From: Macrostomum lignano
Lineage: Eukaryota
DNA length: 64,000 nt
Direction of reading: 5' to 3'
Assembly (NCBI GenBank): GCA_002269645.1
Contig: NIVC01002578.1
Coordinates: forward strand, 62,001-126,000
Part shown: positions 41,940 to 54,747 of the stretch, in pieces
Layout: every line of letters begins with the position of its first letter
Numbering within the stretch: position 1 is the first letter of the stretch
Made by a program: the position numbers and the translations under genes
Notes under the pieces: model-generated
What the model saw: only the letters and a program-made list of their open reading frames with translations
Database searches by the model: none
Told to the model about the DNA's origin: nothing

Positions 41940-44670
41940 TCAAGCGCAGTAATCCTTGGCTATCGAGTGCAGTAATTCTTGGTTTGCCAAGTGCAGTAAG
42001 TAATCCTTGGTTTATTAATAGCAATAATCCATGGCTTATCGAGTGCAGTAATCCTTGGTTTATTAATAGCAATAATCCATGGCTTATCGAGTGCAGTAAT
42101 TCTTGGTTTGCCAAGTGCAGTAAGTAATCCTTGGTTTATTAATAGCAATAGTCCTTGGCTTATCGTGTGCATTAATCCTTGGTTTATTAATAGCAATAGT
42201 CCTTGGCTTATCGAGTGCAGTAATCCTTGGTTTATTAATAGCAATAATCCTTGATAAATCAAGTGCAGTAATCCTTAGTTTATTAATAGCAATAGTCCTT
42301 GGCTTATCGAGTGCAGTAATCCTTGGTTTGCCAAGTGCAGTAATCCTTGGTTTATTAATAGCAATAATCCTTGGCTTATCGAGTGCAGTAATCCTTGGTT
42401 TATTAATAGCAATAATCCTTGGCTTATCGAGTGCAGTAATCCTTGGTTTGCCAAGTGCAGTAATCCTTGGTTTATTAATAGCAATAATCCTTGGCTTATC
42501 GAGTGCAGTAATCCTTGGTTTATTAATAGCAATAATCCTTGATAAATCAAGTGCAGTAATCCTTGGTTTATTAATAGCAATAATCCTTGATAAATCAAGT
42601 ACAGTAATCCTTGGTTTATTAATAGCAATAATCCTTGGCTTATCGAGTGCAGTAATCCTTGGTTTATTAATAGCAATAATCCTTGATAAATCAAGTGCAG
42701 TAATCCTTGGTTTATTAATAGCAATAGTCCTTGGCTTATCGAGTGCAGTAATCCTTGGTTTGCCAAGTGCAGTAATCCTTGGTTTATTAATAGCAATAAT
42801 CCTTGGCTTATCGAGTGCAGTAATCCTTGGTTTATTAATAGCAATAATCCTTGGCTTATCGAGTGCAGTAATCGTTGGTTTGCCAAGAGCAGTAATCCTT
42901 GGTTTATTAATAGCAATAGTCCTTGGTTTATTGAGTGCAGTAATCCTTGGTTTATTAATAGCAATAATCCTTGGCTTATCGAGTGCAGTAATCCTTGGTT
43001 TGCCAAGTGCAGTAATCCTTGGTTTATTAATAGCAATAATCCTTGGCTTATTGAGTGCAGTAATCCTTGGTTTATTAATAGCAATAATCCTTGATTAATA
43101 AAGTGCATTAATCCTTGGTTTATTATTGGCAATAATCCTTGGCTTATCGAGTGCAGTAATCGTTGGTTGCCAAGAGCAGTAATCCTTGGTTTATTAATAG
43201 CAATAATCCTTGGCTTATCGAGTGCAGTAATCCTTGGTTTGCCAAGTGCATTAATCCTTGGTTTATTAATAGCAATAATCCTTGGCTTCTTGAGTGCAGT
43301 AATCCTTGGTTTATTAATAGCAATAATCCTTGGCTTATTGAGTGCAGTAATCCTTGGTTTGCCAGGAGCAATAGTCCTTGGTTTATCGAGTGCAGTAATC
43401 CTTGGTTTATTAATAGCAATAATCCTTGATTAATCAAGTGCATTAATCCTTGGTTTATTAATAGCAATAATCCTTGGCTTATCGAGTGCAGTAATCCTTG
43501 GTTTATTAATAGCAATAATCCTTGATAAATCAAGTGCAGTAATCCTTGGTTTATTAATAGCAATAGTCCTTGGCTTATCGAGTGCAGTAATCCTTGGTTT
43601 GCCAAGTGCAGTAATCCTTGGTTTATTAATAGCAATAATCCTTGGCTTATCGAGTGCAGTAATCGTTGGTTTATTAATAGCAATAATCCTTGGCTTATTG
43701 AGCGCAGTAATCCTTGGTTTGCCAGGAGCAATAGTCCTTGGTTTATTAATAGCAATAATCCTTGATTAATCAAGTGCATTAATCCTTGTTTTATTAATAG
43801 CAATAATCCTTGATTAATAAAGTGCATTAATCCTTGGTTTATTAATAGCACTAATCCTTGGCTTCTTGAGTGCAGTAATCCTTGGTTTATTAATAGCAAT
43901 AATCCTTGGCTTATCGAGTGCAGTAATCCTTGGTTTGCCAAGTGCAGTAATCCTTGGTTTATTAATAGCAATAATCCTTGGCTTATCGAGTGCAGTAATC
44001 CTTGGTTTATTAATAGCAATAATCCTTGGCTTATCGAGTGCAGTAATCGTTGTTTGCCAAGAGCAGTAATCCTTGGTTTATTAATAGCAATAGTCCTTGG
44101 TTTATTAAGTGCAGTAATCCTTGGTTTATTAATAGCAATAATCCTTGGCTTATCGAGTGCAGTAATCCTTGGTTTGCCAAGTGCAGTAATCCTTGGTTTA
44201 TTAATAGCAATAATCCTTGGCTTATCGAGTGCAGTAATCCTTGGTTTATTAATAGCAATAATCCTTGATTAATAAAGTTCATTAATCCTTGGTTTATTAA
44301 TAGCAATAATCCTTGGCTTATTGAGTGCAGTAATCCTTGGTTTGCCAGGAGCAATAGTCCTTGGTTTATCGAGTGCAGTAATCCTTGGTTTATTAATAGC
44401 AATAATCCTTGATTAATCAAGTGCATTAATCCTTGTTTTATTAATAGCAATAATCCTTGACTTCTTGAGTGCAGTAATCCTTGGTTTGCCAAGAGCAATA
44501 GTCCTTGGTTTATCGAGTGCAGTAATCGTTGGTTTATTAATAGCAATAATCCTTGATTAATCAAGTGCATTAATCCTTGGTTTATTAATAGCAATAATCC
44601 TTGGCTTATTGAGTGCAGTAATCCTTGGTTTATTAATAGCAATAATCCTTGGCTTATGGAGTGCAGTAAT
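41940..44670. repeat. 24-bp monomer satellite with higher-order variants (GTGCAGTAATCCTTGGTTTATTAA / TAGCAATAATCCTTGGCTTATCGA / ...TTTGCCAA)
   Basis: 8-aa periodicity in the track ORFs (QGLLHSIS/QGLLLLIN/QGLLHLAN). Confidence 0.95.
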
Positions 44671-44748
44671 CTAAGTGTTTTTATTTAGCTTTTAATAAAA
44701 AATTTTACACTACTACTTTTCAGACACTAATCTACTAATCATACACTT

Positions 44749-44812
44749 AGATTCGAACCCAGGTTGCTGCATTAGCAGTCTGGTCTGTTCAGCTCTAGGC
44801 TAGCTCTCATCG
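44749..44812 (-). pseudogene. tRNA-derived (Ser-GCT-like) Pol III head, copy B
   Basis: Minus strand CGATGAGAGCTAGCCTAGAGCTGAACAGACCAGACTGCTAATGCAGCAACCTGGGTTCGAATC. Confidence 0.65.
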
Positions 44813-45315
44813 AAGTTATCAGTGAATTTGTACCACTTAAATAGTTCAACACTCACACAAAGTCAGGTAGAGTAAAAAGTCACGAAGCAGTTATGAGTTA
44901 TGACATAATCAATTTCTTAGGCAAGTCAGTACCAGTCTCTATGAAAGTTAACAATATGGTTACGCAATATAAATTGAGTACTGTGCTATGCTTTCACACT
45001 CAACGCTGTGACGCAATTCAATTGAGTGTCTTGTGTATTGTGATGCAATCTATTTTAGAATCAGAATTCAACCAGTCAGTTTTTCTGCTAGCATTCTTAC
45101 AATGCATTTCAATGCTTGACCTTTGCAAAAAAGCATGTTTTTCGAAAATTTAATCCCTTTAACATTGAGCAATTTCTTAGCCAAGATGCATGTACCGTCA
45201 CGGAAAAATTTCTGATCGAACAGTGCAAGTTCGAAGAAAATCGGTCCAGCCATTCAGGAGAAAAAATCGATTTCGTACAAGCAAGCAAGCAAGATTTTCA
45301 TTTTTAGTATATGGA

Positions 45316-47900
45316 CTAGCCAATTCCAACCCCCGTTGGGGCTTTCCGTCAGAACTCCTACCAAAGTTTTCCCACGCAAAAGAAATTCACCCAACTGAAC
45401 CCCCCATCCAAAGAATCTCTCTGATGCAAATAATCTCACATGCAAAAAACCCTCATCCAAAGAATCCCCATACAAAGAACCCCCATCGACAGAATCCCCG
45501 AATCCGAAGAATTCCCCATTCAAGGAATCCTCTATCTGTAGAATTCCCTATTTAATGAATCGCCCATCCATAGAATCTCACATGCAAAGAATACCAATCC
45601 TTCCCGTCCCATCCCCATCCCATCCCATTGATAGAATCCCCGATCCGAAGAATTTCCCATTCAAGGAATCCTCCCATCTGAAGAATTCCCCGTCCAATGA
45701 ATCCCTTATTCAAGAAATCCCCCATCCACAGAAACCCTCTATCCAAAGAATCCCCCACCCATCCCTATCCAAAGAATCGCCCATCCATCCCTATCTAAAG
45801 AATCCCCCATCCATCCCTATCCCAAGAATCCTCCTATTAATCCCTATCCAAAGAATTTCCCCATCCATTCCTATCTAAATAATCCCCCTAACCATCCATA
45901 TCCAAAAAATTCCTTCTCTAAAAAATCCCCCTCTAAAGAATTCACATCCTTAAATAATCCCCCATCAAAAGAATAATTGGCCAAAGAATCCAGAATCCCC
46001 TCATCTAAAGAACACCCGTTCAAATAACCCCCATCTAAAGAATCATTTATCTAAAGAACCCCCCATTCAAAAAACCCTCCATCGAAACAATGCCCCACCG
46101 AAGAAATTGCCCAAAAATTTATCCATTAGAAGCATCCCCCATCCAAAGAATCATCAATCCATAGAATTCCCCCAAGACTTAACATCTCAGCAATTTCCCC
46201 AAGCCTCGACACCTCAGAAATTTTCCCTAAGCATTGACATCTAAGCAATTCCGGCGCAAGCCTTGACATGATACCAATTTCTCCCCGTCCAAAGCCTTGA
46301 CATCTCAGTAATTCCCCTCCCCAAGCCTTGATATCTCAGTAATTCTCCCAGTAAGCCTTGATATCTCAGTAATTCCTCCAGTAAGTCTTGACATCTCAGC
46401 AATTTCTCCCCGTCCAAAGCCTTGGCATCTTAGCGATTCCCCTCCCCGAGACTTAAGACCTCAGCAATTCCTTTTTAAGCCTTCACACCTCAGCAATTCC
46501 CCCCACAAGCCTTGACATCTCAGCGATTCCCCCACAAGCCTTGGCATCTCAGCAAGTCCCTCTTAAGCCTTCACATGTCATTAATTCCCCAAGGTAAGAT
46601 TTTATACATGTATCTCAATAATTCCTCTTGTAAATCTTGACATCTTAAAATTCTCTTCCGAGCAAGCATCCCCAAGAGCAAGCGTCCTTCCGATAGCAAG
46701 CATCCCCTGATAGAAAGTACCCCCAGCAAGATTAGTGAAGCAATTTCCTCAGCTAGCCAATTCCAACTCCCGTTGGGGCTTTCCGTCCAAACTCCAGCCA
46801 CAGTTTTCCTACGCAATAAAATTTCACCCAACTGAATCTCCCATACAAAGAATCCCCCATCCAATGAATACACCACCCATAGAATCCACGATACAAAGAA
46901 TCTCACATGCAAAGAAGCCGCCATCCAAAAAACCTCCCATCGATAGAATCACCGATCCCAAGAATTCCCCATTCAAGGAATTCTCCTATCTGAAGAATTG
47001 CCCATCCATAGAATCTTACATGCAGAGAATCCCCATCCAAAGAACCCCCATCGATAGAATCCCCGATCCAAAGAATCCCCCTATCCATCCCTATCCAAAA
47101 AATCCCCGACCTCCATCCATATCAAAAAATCCCCCATCCAAAGAACCCCTATCAATAGAATCCCGGATCCAAAGAATTTCCCATTCAAGGAATTCTCCTA
47201 TCTGAAGAATTTCCCATCCAATGCATTGCCCATCCATAACATCTCACATGCAAAGAATCCCATTCAAAAGAATCCCTATTTAAAGAATCCCTCATTCACA
47301 GAATCCCCATCGAAAGAATCCTCCACCCATTCATATCCAAAGAATCCCCCATCCATTCCTAACTAAAGAATCTCCCTCCAAAGAATCCCCATGCAAATAA
47401 TCCACGTCCAAATAATCCCCATCCACAGAATCTCCATCCACATTATCCATTGATTCTCCCATCGAAAGAATAACTGGCCAAAGAATACCTTCATCTAAAA
47501 AACCCGTTCAAAAAATTCACGTCCAAATAATCCCAATCAACAGAATCCCCCATTCAAGGAATCCAAAGAATCTCCCATCCAAATAATCCGCCCATTAATA
47601 GAATTCTTGGCCAAAGAATCCCCTCATCTCCTCGAGATATCCATTAGAAGCATCTCTCGTTCAAAGATTCCCCAATCCATAGAATTCCCCCCCCCCCCAA
47701 GACTTAACATCTCAGCAATTCCCACCAAGCCTTGACAGCTCAGAAATTCCCTCCAAGCCTTGACATCTCAGCAATTCACTCTTAAGCCTTGGCATCTCAG
47801 TAATTCTCTCAGTAAGCCCTTATATCTCAGTAATTCCCCCAGTAAGTCTTGACATCTCAGCAATTCCCCTCACGTCTTGATATTTCAGCAATTCCCTCTC
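45316..47900. repeat. Two diverged direct copies (about 1.43 kb apart) of a block of degenerate AAGAATCCCCCATCC and CCTTGACATCTCAGCAATTCCC repeats
   Basis: Both blocks start CTAGCCAATTCCAAC(C/T)CCGTTGGGGCTTTCCGTC (45316 and about 46752). Confidence 0.85.
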
Positions 47901-48056
47901 AGCCTTGGCATCTCAGTTTAATAAAAATTTTTGAATATGGACTACATGAATACTCGTAGCTTCTCTTCTACCTGATTTACCTGACGTTTTTTTAGTTTTC
48001 TTTAGCTAAAAAGTTTAAAATTAATTTTTTTAATAAAAAAGCTTTTACAAATTAAA

Positions 48057-48119
48057 AATTCGAACCCACGTCGCTGCATTAGCAGGTCAGTCTGTTTACC
48101 TCTAGGCTAGCTCTCATCG
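48057..48119 (-). pseudogene. tRNA-derived (Ser-GCT-like) Pol III head, copy C
   Basis: Minus strand CGATGAGAGCTAGCCTAGAGGTAAACAGACTGACCTGCTAATGCAGCGACGTGGGTTCGAAT. CTGCTAAT and CGTGGGTTCGAAT match my recollection of eukaryotic tRNA-Ser(GCT). Confidence 0.65.
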
Positions 48120-49878
48120 TTTTGATAACATAAATCGTCGCACTTATATAATTCAACACTTTCAAAACTCCACGCACAGAGTAAATCACGCGAAGCAGTT
48201 ATGACATAATTTCTCAGCCAGTCTATCAGTTTCAAATAAAGTCACCAATATGGTTACGCAATCTAAATCTAAATTCAATGGCGCTGGCTTGAATGTATCA
48301 GTTTCAAATAAAGTCACCAATATGGTTACGCAATCTAAATCTAAATTCAATGGCGCTGGCTTGAATTGTGGAGTTGCGATAAAGTAGGGGTTTGCGATAT
48401 TGGAGAGCGTACAATGAGTATATAAAGTAAAGTTCATAGGAATCTTCTTTTTAATGATGTGCTTTTAATTTTTCGAATCTAAGCAAAAAATTATATTCCC
48501 GAACTCAGCGTTTCAAGCTCTTTCTAGCAATACAAGGCTCTCTTCTGAAAGTAAAAAACTCGAAGCACAAACAACAATTGAACATTCCTGCTATAAAGCA
48601 TTCAAATTCATAAGGTGTACATTCAGCGCTAGCTACAGTGAGAGGCCTGCAAGTTGATGCATTGAAATTAACAACCAAGCCAGCCCATGAATAATTGAAT
48701 AGCGACAACCGCCCCTCAATTAAAATGTGTTGCGCAACCTTTCAACGCTTGTAGCTCTCCACGCGAGTGTAGAGAACCAATGCTATAGTTGGCACTGAGT
48801 TATGATGCAATACAATTCCATCGGCAGTCAGACTGCTTCTCAATCGGAAAGAACTGTTTGAACTTTAAAAAACAGGGAGAAAATAGAGTTTTTCGAATAT
48901 TTAAGCCCGAAAAAATGAAGCAATTTCTTAGCAAAATTTTGTGTACCAGCGCACCATCAATACGCATCGAATGCAGAAAACCCCACGAAATTCCGACTAT
49001 GTAGAGTCAAGTTAAGCAAAGGTTCCTATAGGTACATAGTTTTGATTTTTAGTATATTGGATGGAATGTACTATAGAAAGGAATTAGGCCTAATCTAATA
49101 TTTATATTGATCAAATCAATAAAGCAATATGCAATTTATCTATTTTAATATCAAATTCTTAACTATTACCTATTATCATTAATAAACATGATTTTTGTAT
49201 GGTTAGATTTTGATTTGATACTTTTGGTATACTATAAGCTGTATAGGACTAGTATAGTAGTAAGACTTGTAGGAGTGTAGGACTCAACAAACTGACTCTG
49301 AGCTTACATTGCATAGTAGTAGTAAAAGTAGCTAGCTATAACTAATATAGTTTTTATTATACTTTATCTGTATGGTACAAGCATGCTAAATGACCTTTTT
49401 TGAGTGGTCTGGTAGCCAAAATCAGAAAACCAGTTTTGAAACTAGTTTTGGCCAAAAACTGGGATTTTAAAACCAATTAACCAGTTCCACAAAATTGAGG
49501 GTTTTTGGCATCCCTAGTTGGCACCCATTTTATGGCTATCTGAATTGAATCAATGCAGAGTTTAGTGTCTTTCTCAAAGACAAATTGTTTCAATGTGTTG
49601 AGAGTTAAATATCCCCAGCCCCAACTTTCAAGTTGTGAGTCTAAGGCTTTATATTAGTAGGTAAATGTTATTAATTATAGGAAATGTATGCTTCTTTAAC
49701 TTTATGTTCTACCTAAAAACAGGTATTTAGAACTTCCAAAAGTATCAGTACCTACAATTAAACTCTATAATATTATTGCAATTGAATATTTAGCTATTGT
49801 ATTATATTTTAAATTCTTTTCATTATAAAAAAAAGTTTTTAATATTTTCAGTCTAATAGCACTGTAGCCCCCGAGCAA

Positions 49879-51479
49879 ATGGACACGGTACTGGCCTCTA
49901 TGCTGACTGTGCTCCAAGCCGCAGCCTTCATCATTTTTCCCAATGTTGGTGGTGCTGTTGGCTCCATAGTGACTGGCAAAGAGCTCAAAGATTGGTACCT
50001 CAAGCTCAACAAGCCGCCATGGACTCCACCAAACTGGGTCTTCCCACCAATGTGGATCTTCTTGTACTCGTGCATCGGCTTTGCTAGCTGGATCGTGTTC
50101 CTTCATGTGGGATTTCAAAATGTTGGAATGTATCTTTATGCCGCCCAGCTGGCTTTGAACTGGGCTTGGTCGCCCCTGTTCTTCGGCGCTCACTGGTGCG
50201 TATTGTGTTTGTCACATTGTTTGTTTTTATGCAGAATTTACACTGATTTCTGCAAATCTGAATCTTGAGATTCTTCACCCAACCCGAATCTTAACCCTAA
50301 CCGATTCTTTACTCAACCCGATTCTTCACCTAACTCGAATCTTCACCCAACCCGAATCATCACCCAACTCGAATCTTCACTTAACCAGAATCTTCACCCA
50401 ACCCGAATATTTACCCAGCCCGAATCCTCACCCAACTCGAATCTTCACCCAACCCGAATCTTTACCCAACCAGAATCTTCACCCAACCCGAATCTTTACC
50501 TAACTCGAATCTTCACCCAACCCGATCGAATCATCACCCAACTCGAATCTTCACTTAACCAGAATCTTCACCCAACCCGAATCTTCACCCAACCCGAATC
50601 TTCACCCAACCCGAATCTTCACCCAACCCGAATCTTCACCCAACCCGAATCTTCACCCAACCCGAATCATCACCCAACTCGAATCTTCACTTAACCAGAA
50701 TCTTCACCCAACCCGAATATTTACCCAGCCCGAATCCTCACCCAACTCGAATCTTCACTCAACCCGAATCTTCACCCAACTCGAATCTTCACTTAACCAG
50801 AATCTTCACCCAACCCGAATCTTCACCCAACCCGAATCTTCACCCAACCCAAATCTTCACCCAACCCAAATCTTCACCCAACCCGAATCTTTACCCAACT
50901 CGAATCTTCACTTAACCAGAATCTTCACCCAACCCGAATCTTCACCCAACTCGAATCTTCACTTAACCAGAATCTTCACCCAACCCGAATCTTCACCCAA
51001 CCCAAATCTTCACCCAACCCGAATCTTCACCCAACCCGATTCTTCACCCAACCCGAATCTTCACCCAAACCGATTCTTCACCCAACCCGATTCTTCACCC
51101 AACCTGAATCTTCACCCAACTCGAATCTTTACCCAACCCGAATCTTCACCCAACCCGAATATAACTCAACCGAGTCTTCACCCAACTCGAATCTTCACCC
51201 AACCCGAATCTTGAATGAAGCGATACTGTTAGACCATTATGGTTTATTTTAGTTATTAGCCATTAAACTTGTCTTTGCAGGGTGGCCCTAGCCGCACTGG
51301 ACATGATGGCCATGATTGGCCTTTCAATCGCCTGTGGCATCGAGTTTTACCAAGTCAACCCCGTTGCTGGGGCCCTCATTGTGCCCTACCTGCTCTGGCT
51401 GAGTCTGGCTCTGTCAATCAATGTCTACGTTTATTTTTATAACGACACCGCAGTGTTGCGCAACGAAAAGAAGACCTGA
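49879..51479 (+). CDS. TSPO: Translocator protein (TspO/MBR family), paralog 1, 171 aa
   Basis: Exons 49879-50195 (donor TG|GTGCGT) and 51281-51479. Motifs WYLKLNKPPWTPPNWVFPPMWIFLY, QLALNWAWSPLFFGAH, ALIVPYLLWLSLALSIN. Confidence 0.95.
50272..51212. repeat. 17-bp minisatellite CACCCAACCCGAATCTT, about 55 copies, TSPO-1 intron
   Basis: Read directly. Confidence 0.95.
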
Positions 51480-51902
51480 CATCCATTTGAAAAAACTATC
51501 ATGGAATAACTGATCGCGTAATAATCGCAAAATAGTTGTGTTGATTGATTGAAGAGAATGCGCATTACTAAACCAAAAGTGCCTTCATTGACAAGCAATC
51601 AATTATTTAACTGATAATTTCAGTAAATTTCTATCTGTATTTTATCACAATCCTACATTTTTACGTTGTTTTGCATTGGATTTTGTCAAAGAAAATAAAT
51701 TTGAATCGTTGCTATATTAGTTTGATTTGTGGTCAATTTATATTGGTTGATTTATTTTTATTTGTTTTTTTTATAACAGCACCACAGCTGCAGATTTGCG
51801 TATGTCTTGTTAGAGTTCATTGGAAGGTCAACTAAAATGTAAAAGGGAGAGGACCGTGTCGAACCTGTCTGTAGCGTAGTCTTCGGTCTGTGTAATAGTG
51901 AG

Positions 51903-54535
51903 TTGGAACCCGGGGTAGTGTTGGGTTGGAACCCGGGGTAGTGTTGGGTTGGAACCCGGGGTAGTGTTGGGTTGGAACCCGGGGTAGTGTTGGGTTGGAA
52001 CCCGGGGTAGTGTTGGGTTGGAACCCGGGGTAGTGTTGGGTTGGAACCCGGGGTAGTGTTGGGTTGGAACCCGGGGTAGTGTTGGGTTGGAACCCGGGGT
52101 AGTGTTGGGTTGGAACCCGGGTAGTGTTGGGTTGGAACCCGGGGTAGTGTTGGGTTGGAACCCGGGGTAGTGTTGGGTTGGAACCCGGGGTAGTGCTGGG
52201 TTGGAACCCGGGTAGTGTTGGGTTGGAACCCGGGGTAGTGTTGGGTTGGAACCCGGGGTAGTGCTGGGTTGGAACCCGGGGTAGTGTTGGGTTGGAACCC
52301 GGGGTAGTGTTGGGTTGGAACCCGGGGTAGTGCTGGGTTGGAACCCGGGGTAGTGTTGGGTTGGAACCCGGGGTAGTGCTGGGTTGGAACCCGGGGTAGT
52401 GTTGGGTTGGAACCCGGGGTAGTGTTGGGTTGGAACCCGGGGTAGTGCTGGGTTGGAACCCGGGGTAGTGGGGGGGGGGAGTTGGAACCCGGGTTAGTGG
52501 GGGGAGTTGGAACCCGGGTTAGTGGGGGGGGAGTTGGAACCCGGGTTAGTGGAGGGTTGGAAACCGGGGTAGTGTGGAGTTAGAACCCGGGTTAGTGAGG
52601 GGGGAGTTGGAACCCGGGTTAGTAGGGGGGGGGGAGTTGGAACCCGGGTTAGTGGAGGGTTGGAACCCGGGGTAGTGTGGAGTTAGAACCCGGGTTAGTG
52701 AGGGGGGGGAGTTGGAACCCGGGTTAGTAGGGGGGGGGGGTTGGAACCCGGGTTAGTGGAGGGTTGGAACCCGGGTAGTGTGGAGTTAGAACCCGGGTTA
52801 GTGGGGGGAGTTGGAACCCGGGTTAGTGGGGGGGGAGTTGGAACCCGGGTTAGTGGGGGGGAGTTGGAACCCGGGTTAGTGGGGGGGAGTTGGAACCCGG
52901 GTTAGTGGGGGGGAGTTGGAACCCGGGTTAGTGGGGGGGAGTTGGAACCCGGGTTAGTGGGGGGGAGTTGGAACCCGGGTTAGTGGGGGGGAGTTGGAAC
53001 CCGGGTTAGTGGGGGGAGTTGGAACCCGGGTTAGTAGGGGGGGGAGTTGGAACCCGGGTTAGTGGGGGGGGGAGTTGGAACCCGGGTTAGTGGGGGGGGA
53101 GTTGGAACCCGGGTTAGTGGGGGGGAGTTGGAACCCGGGTTAGTGGGGGGGGAGTTGGAACCCGGGTTAGTGGGGGGGGGGAGTTGGAACCCGGGTTAGT
53201 GGGGGGGAGTTGGAACCCGGGTTAGTGGGGGGGAGTTGGAACCCGGGTTAGTGGGGGGGAGTTGGAACCCGGGTTAGTGGGGGGGAGTTGGAACCCGGGT
53301 TAGTGGGGGGATTTGGAACCCGGGTTAGTGGGGGGGAGTTGGAACCCGGGTTAGTGGGGGGAGTTGGAAACCGGGTTAGTGGGGGGGGAGTTGGAACCCG
53401 GGTTAGTGGGGGGAGTTGGAACCCGGGTTAGTGGGGGGGAGTTGGAACCCGGGTTAGTGGGGGGGAGTTGGAACCCGGGTTAGTGGGGGGGGGGGAGTTG
53501 GAACCCGGGTTAGTGGGGGGAGTTGGAACCCGGGGTAGTGTTGGGTTGGAACCCGGGGTAGTGTTGGGTTGGAACCCGGGGTAGTGCTGGGTTGGAACCC
53601 GGGGTAGTGGGGGGGGGGAGTTGGAACCCGGGTTAGTGGGGGGGAGTTGGAACCCGGGTTAGTGGGGGGGGGAGTTGGAACCCGGGTTAGTGGAGGGTTG
53701 GAAACCGGGGTAGTGTGGAGTTAGAACCCGGGTTAGTGAGGGGGGGAGTTGGAACCCGGGTTAGTAGGGGGGGGGAGTTGGAACCCGGGTTAGTGGAGGG
53801 TTGGAACCCGGGGTAGTGTGGAGTTAGAACCCGGGTTAGTGAGGGGGGGGAGTTGGAACCCGGGTTAGTAGGGGGGGGGGAGTTGGAACCCGGGTTAGTG
53901 GAGGGTTGGAACCCGGGGTAGTGTGGAGTTAGAACCCGGGTTAGTGGAGGGGGGAGTTGGAACCCGGTTAGTGGGGGGGGGAGTTGGAACCCGGGTTAGT
54001 GGAGGGTTGGAACCCGGGGTAGTGTGGAGTTAGAACCCGGGTTAGTGAGGGGGGGGAGTTGGAACCCGGGTTAGTAGGGGGGGGGAGTTGGAACCCGGGT
54101 TAGTGGAGGGTTGGAACCCGGGGTAGTGTGGAGTTAGAACCCGGGTTAGTGGGGGGGAGTTGGAACCCGGGTTAGTGGGGGGGAGTTGGAACCCGGGTTA
54201 GTGGGGGGAGTTGGAACCCGGGTTAGTGGGGGGGAGTTGGAACCCGGGTTAGTGGGGGGAGTTGGAACCCGGGTTAGTGGGGGGAGTTGGAACCCGGGTT
54301 AGTAGGGGGGGGAGTTGGAACCCGGGTTAGTGGAGGGTTGGAACCCGGGGTAGTGTGGAGTTAGAACCCGGGTTAGTGAGGGGGTGAGGGGGGGAGTTGG
54401 AACCCGGGTTAGTAGGGGGGGGGGAGTTGGAACCCGGGTTAGTGGGGGGGGGGTTGGAACCCGGGTTAGTGGGGGGGGAGTTGGAACCCGGGTTAGTGGG
54501 GGGGGAGTTGGAACCCGGGTTAGTGGGGGGGGGGT
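51903..54535. repeat. G-rich 23-28-bp minisatellite GGAACCCGGG(G/T)TAGT(GTTG/Gn)GAGTT between TSPO-1 and TSPO-2
   Basis: Left domain is a 23-bp GGAACCCGGGGTAGTGTTGGGTT; the right domain has variable G5-G11 runs and re-duplicated sub-blocks. Confidence 0.95.
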
Positions 54536-54747
54536 TTAAACCCGAAGGTTGCAAGAAGGGGCAGAGTTCGCTCCGACGGTCAGCCCAGAAGAAGCATTGC
54601 CCTGTGAAAAGCAACCAGTGACCTGTGTAGGTCATAGTGAGAGCGCGGATATCTTTTCGATGTTGGTTTAGACTTGGTTTAGACACTGTCTGAAATGACA
54701 AACATTGTTTAGCTAACTTTATTGACCCCACAGCTCCCAGTTGCGCC

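Noticed and set aside
41713-44642. Long Leu/Ile-rich ORFs as membrane proteins
   Set aside because: They derive from the 24-bp satellite; kept only as a low-interest note in the findings.
41560-48119. Functional tRNA-Ser(GCT) genes
   Set aside because: There is no acceptor-stem pairing or long variable arm and the anticodon stem is poor; better explained as tRNA-derived heads.
48480-49010. Helitron or transposase coding remnant
   Set aside because: Translating the frames by eye gave no recognisable motif; only local similarity to 44990-45260 was seen.
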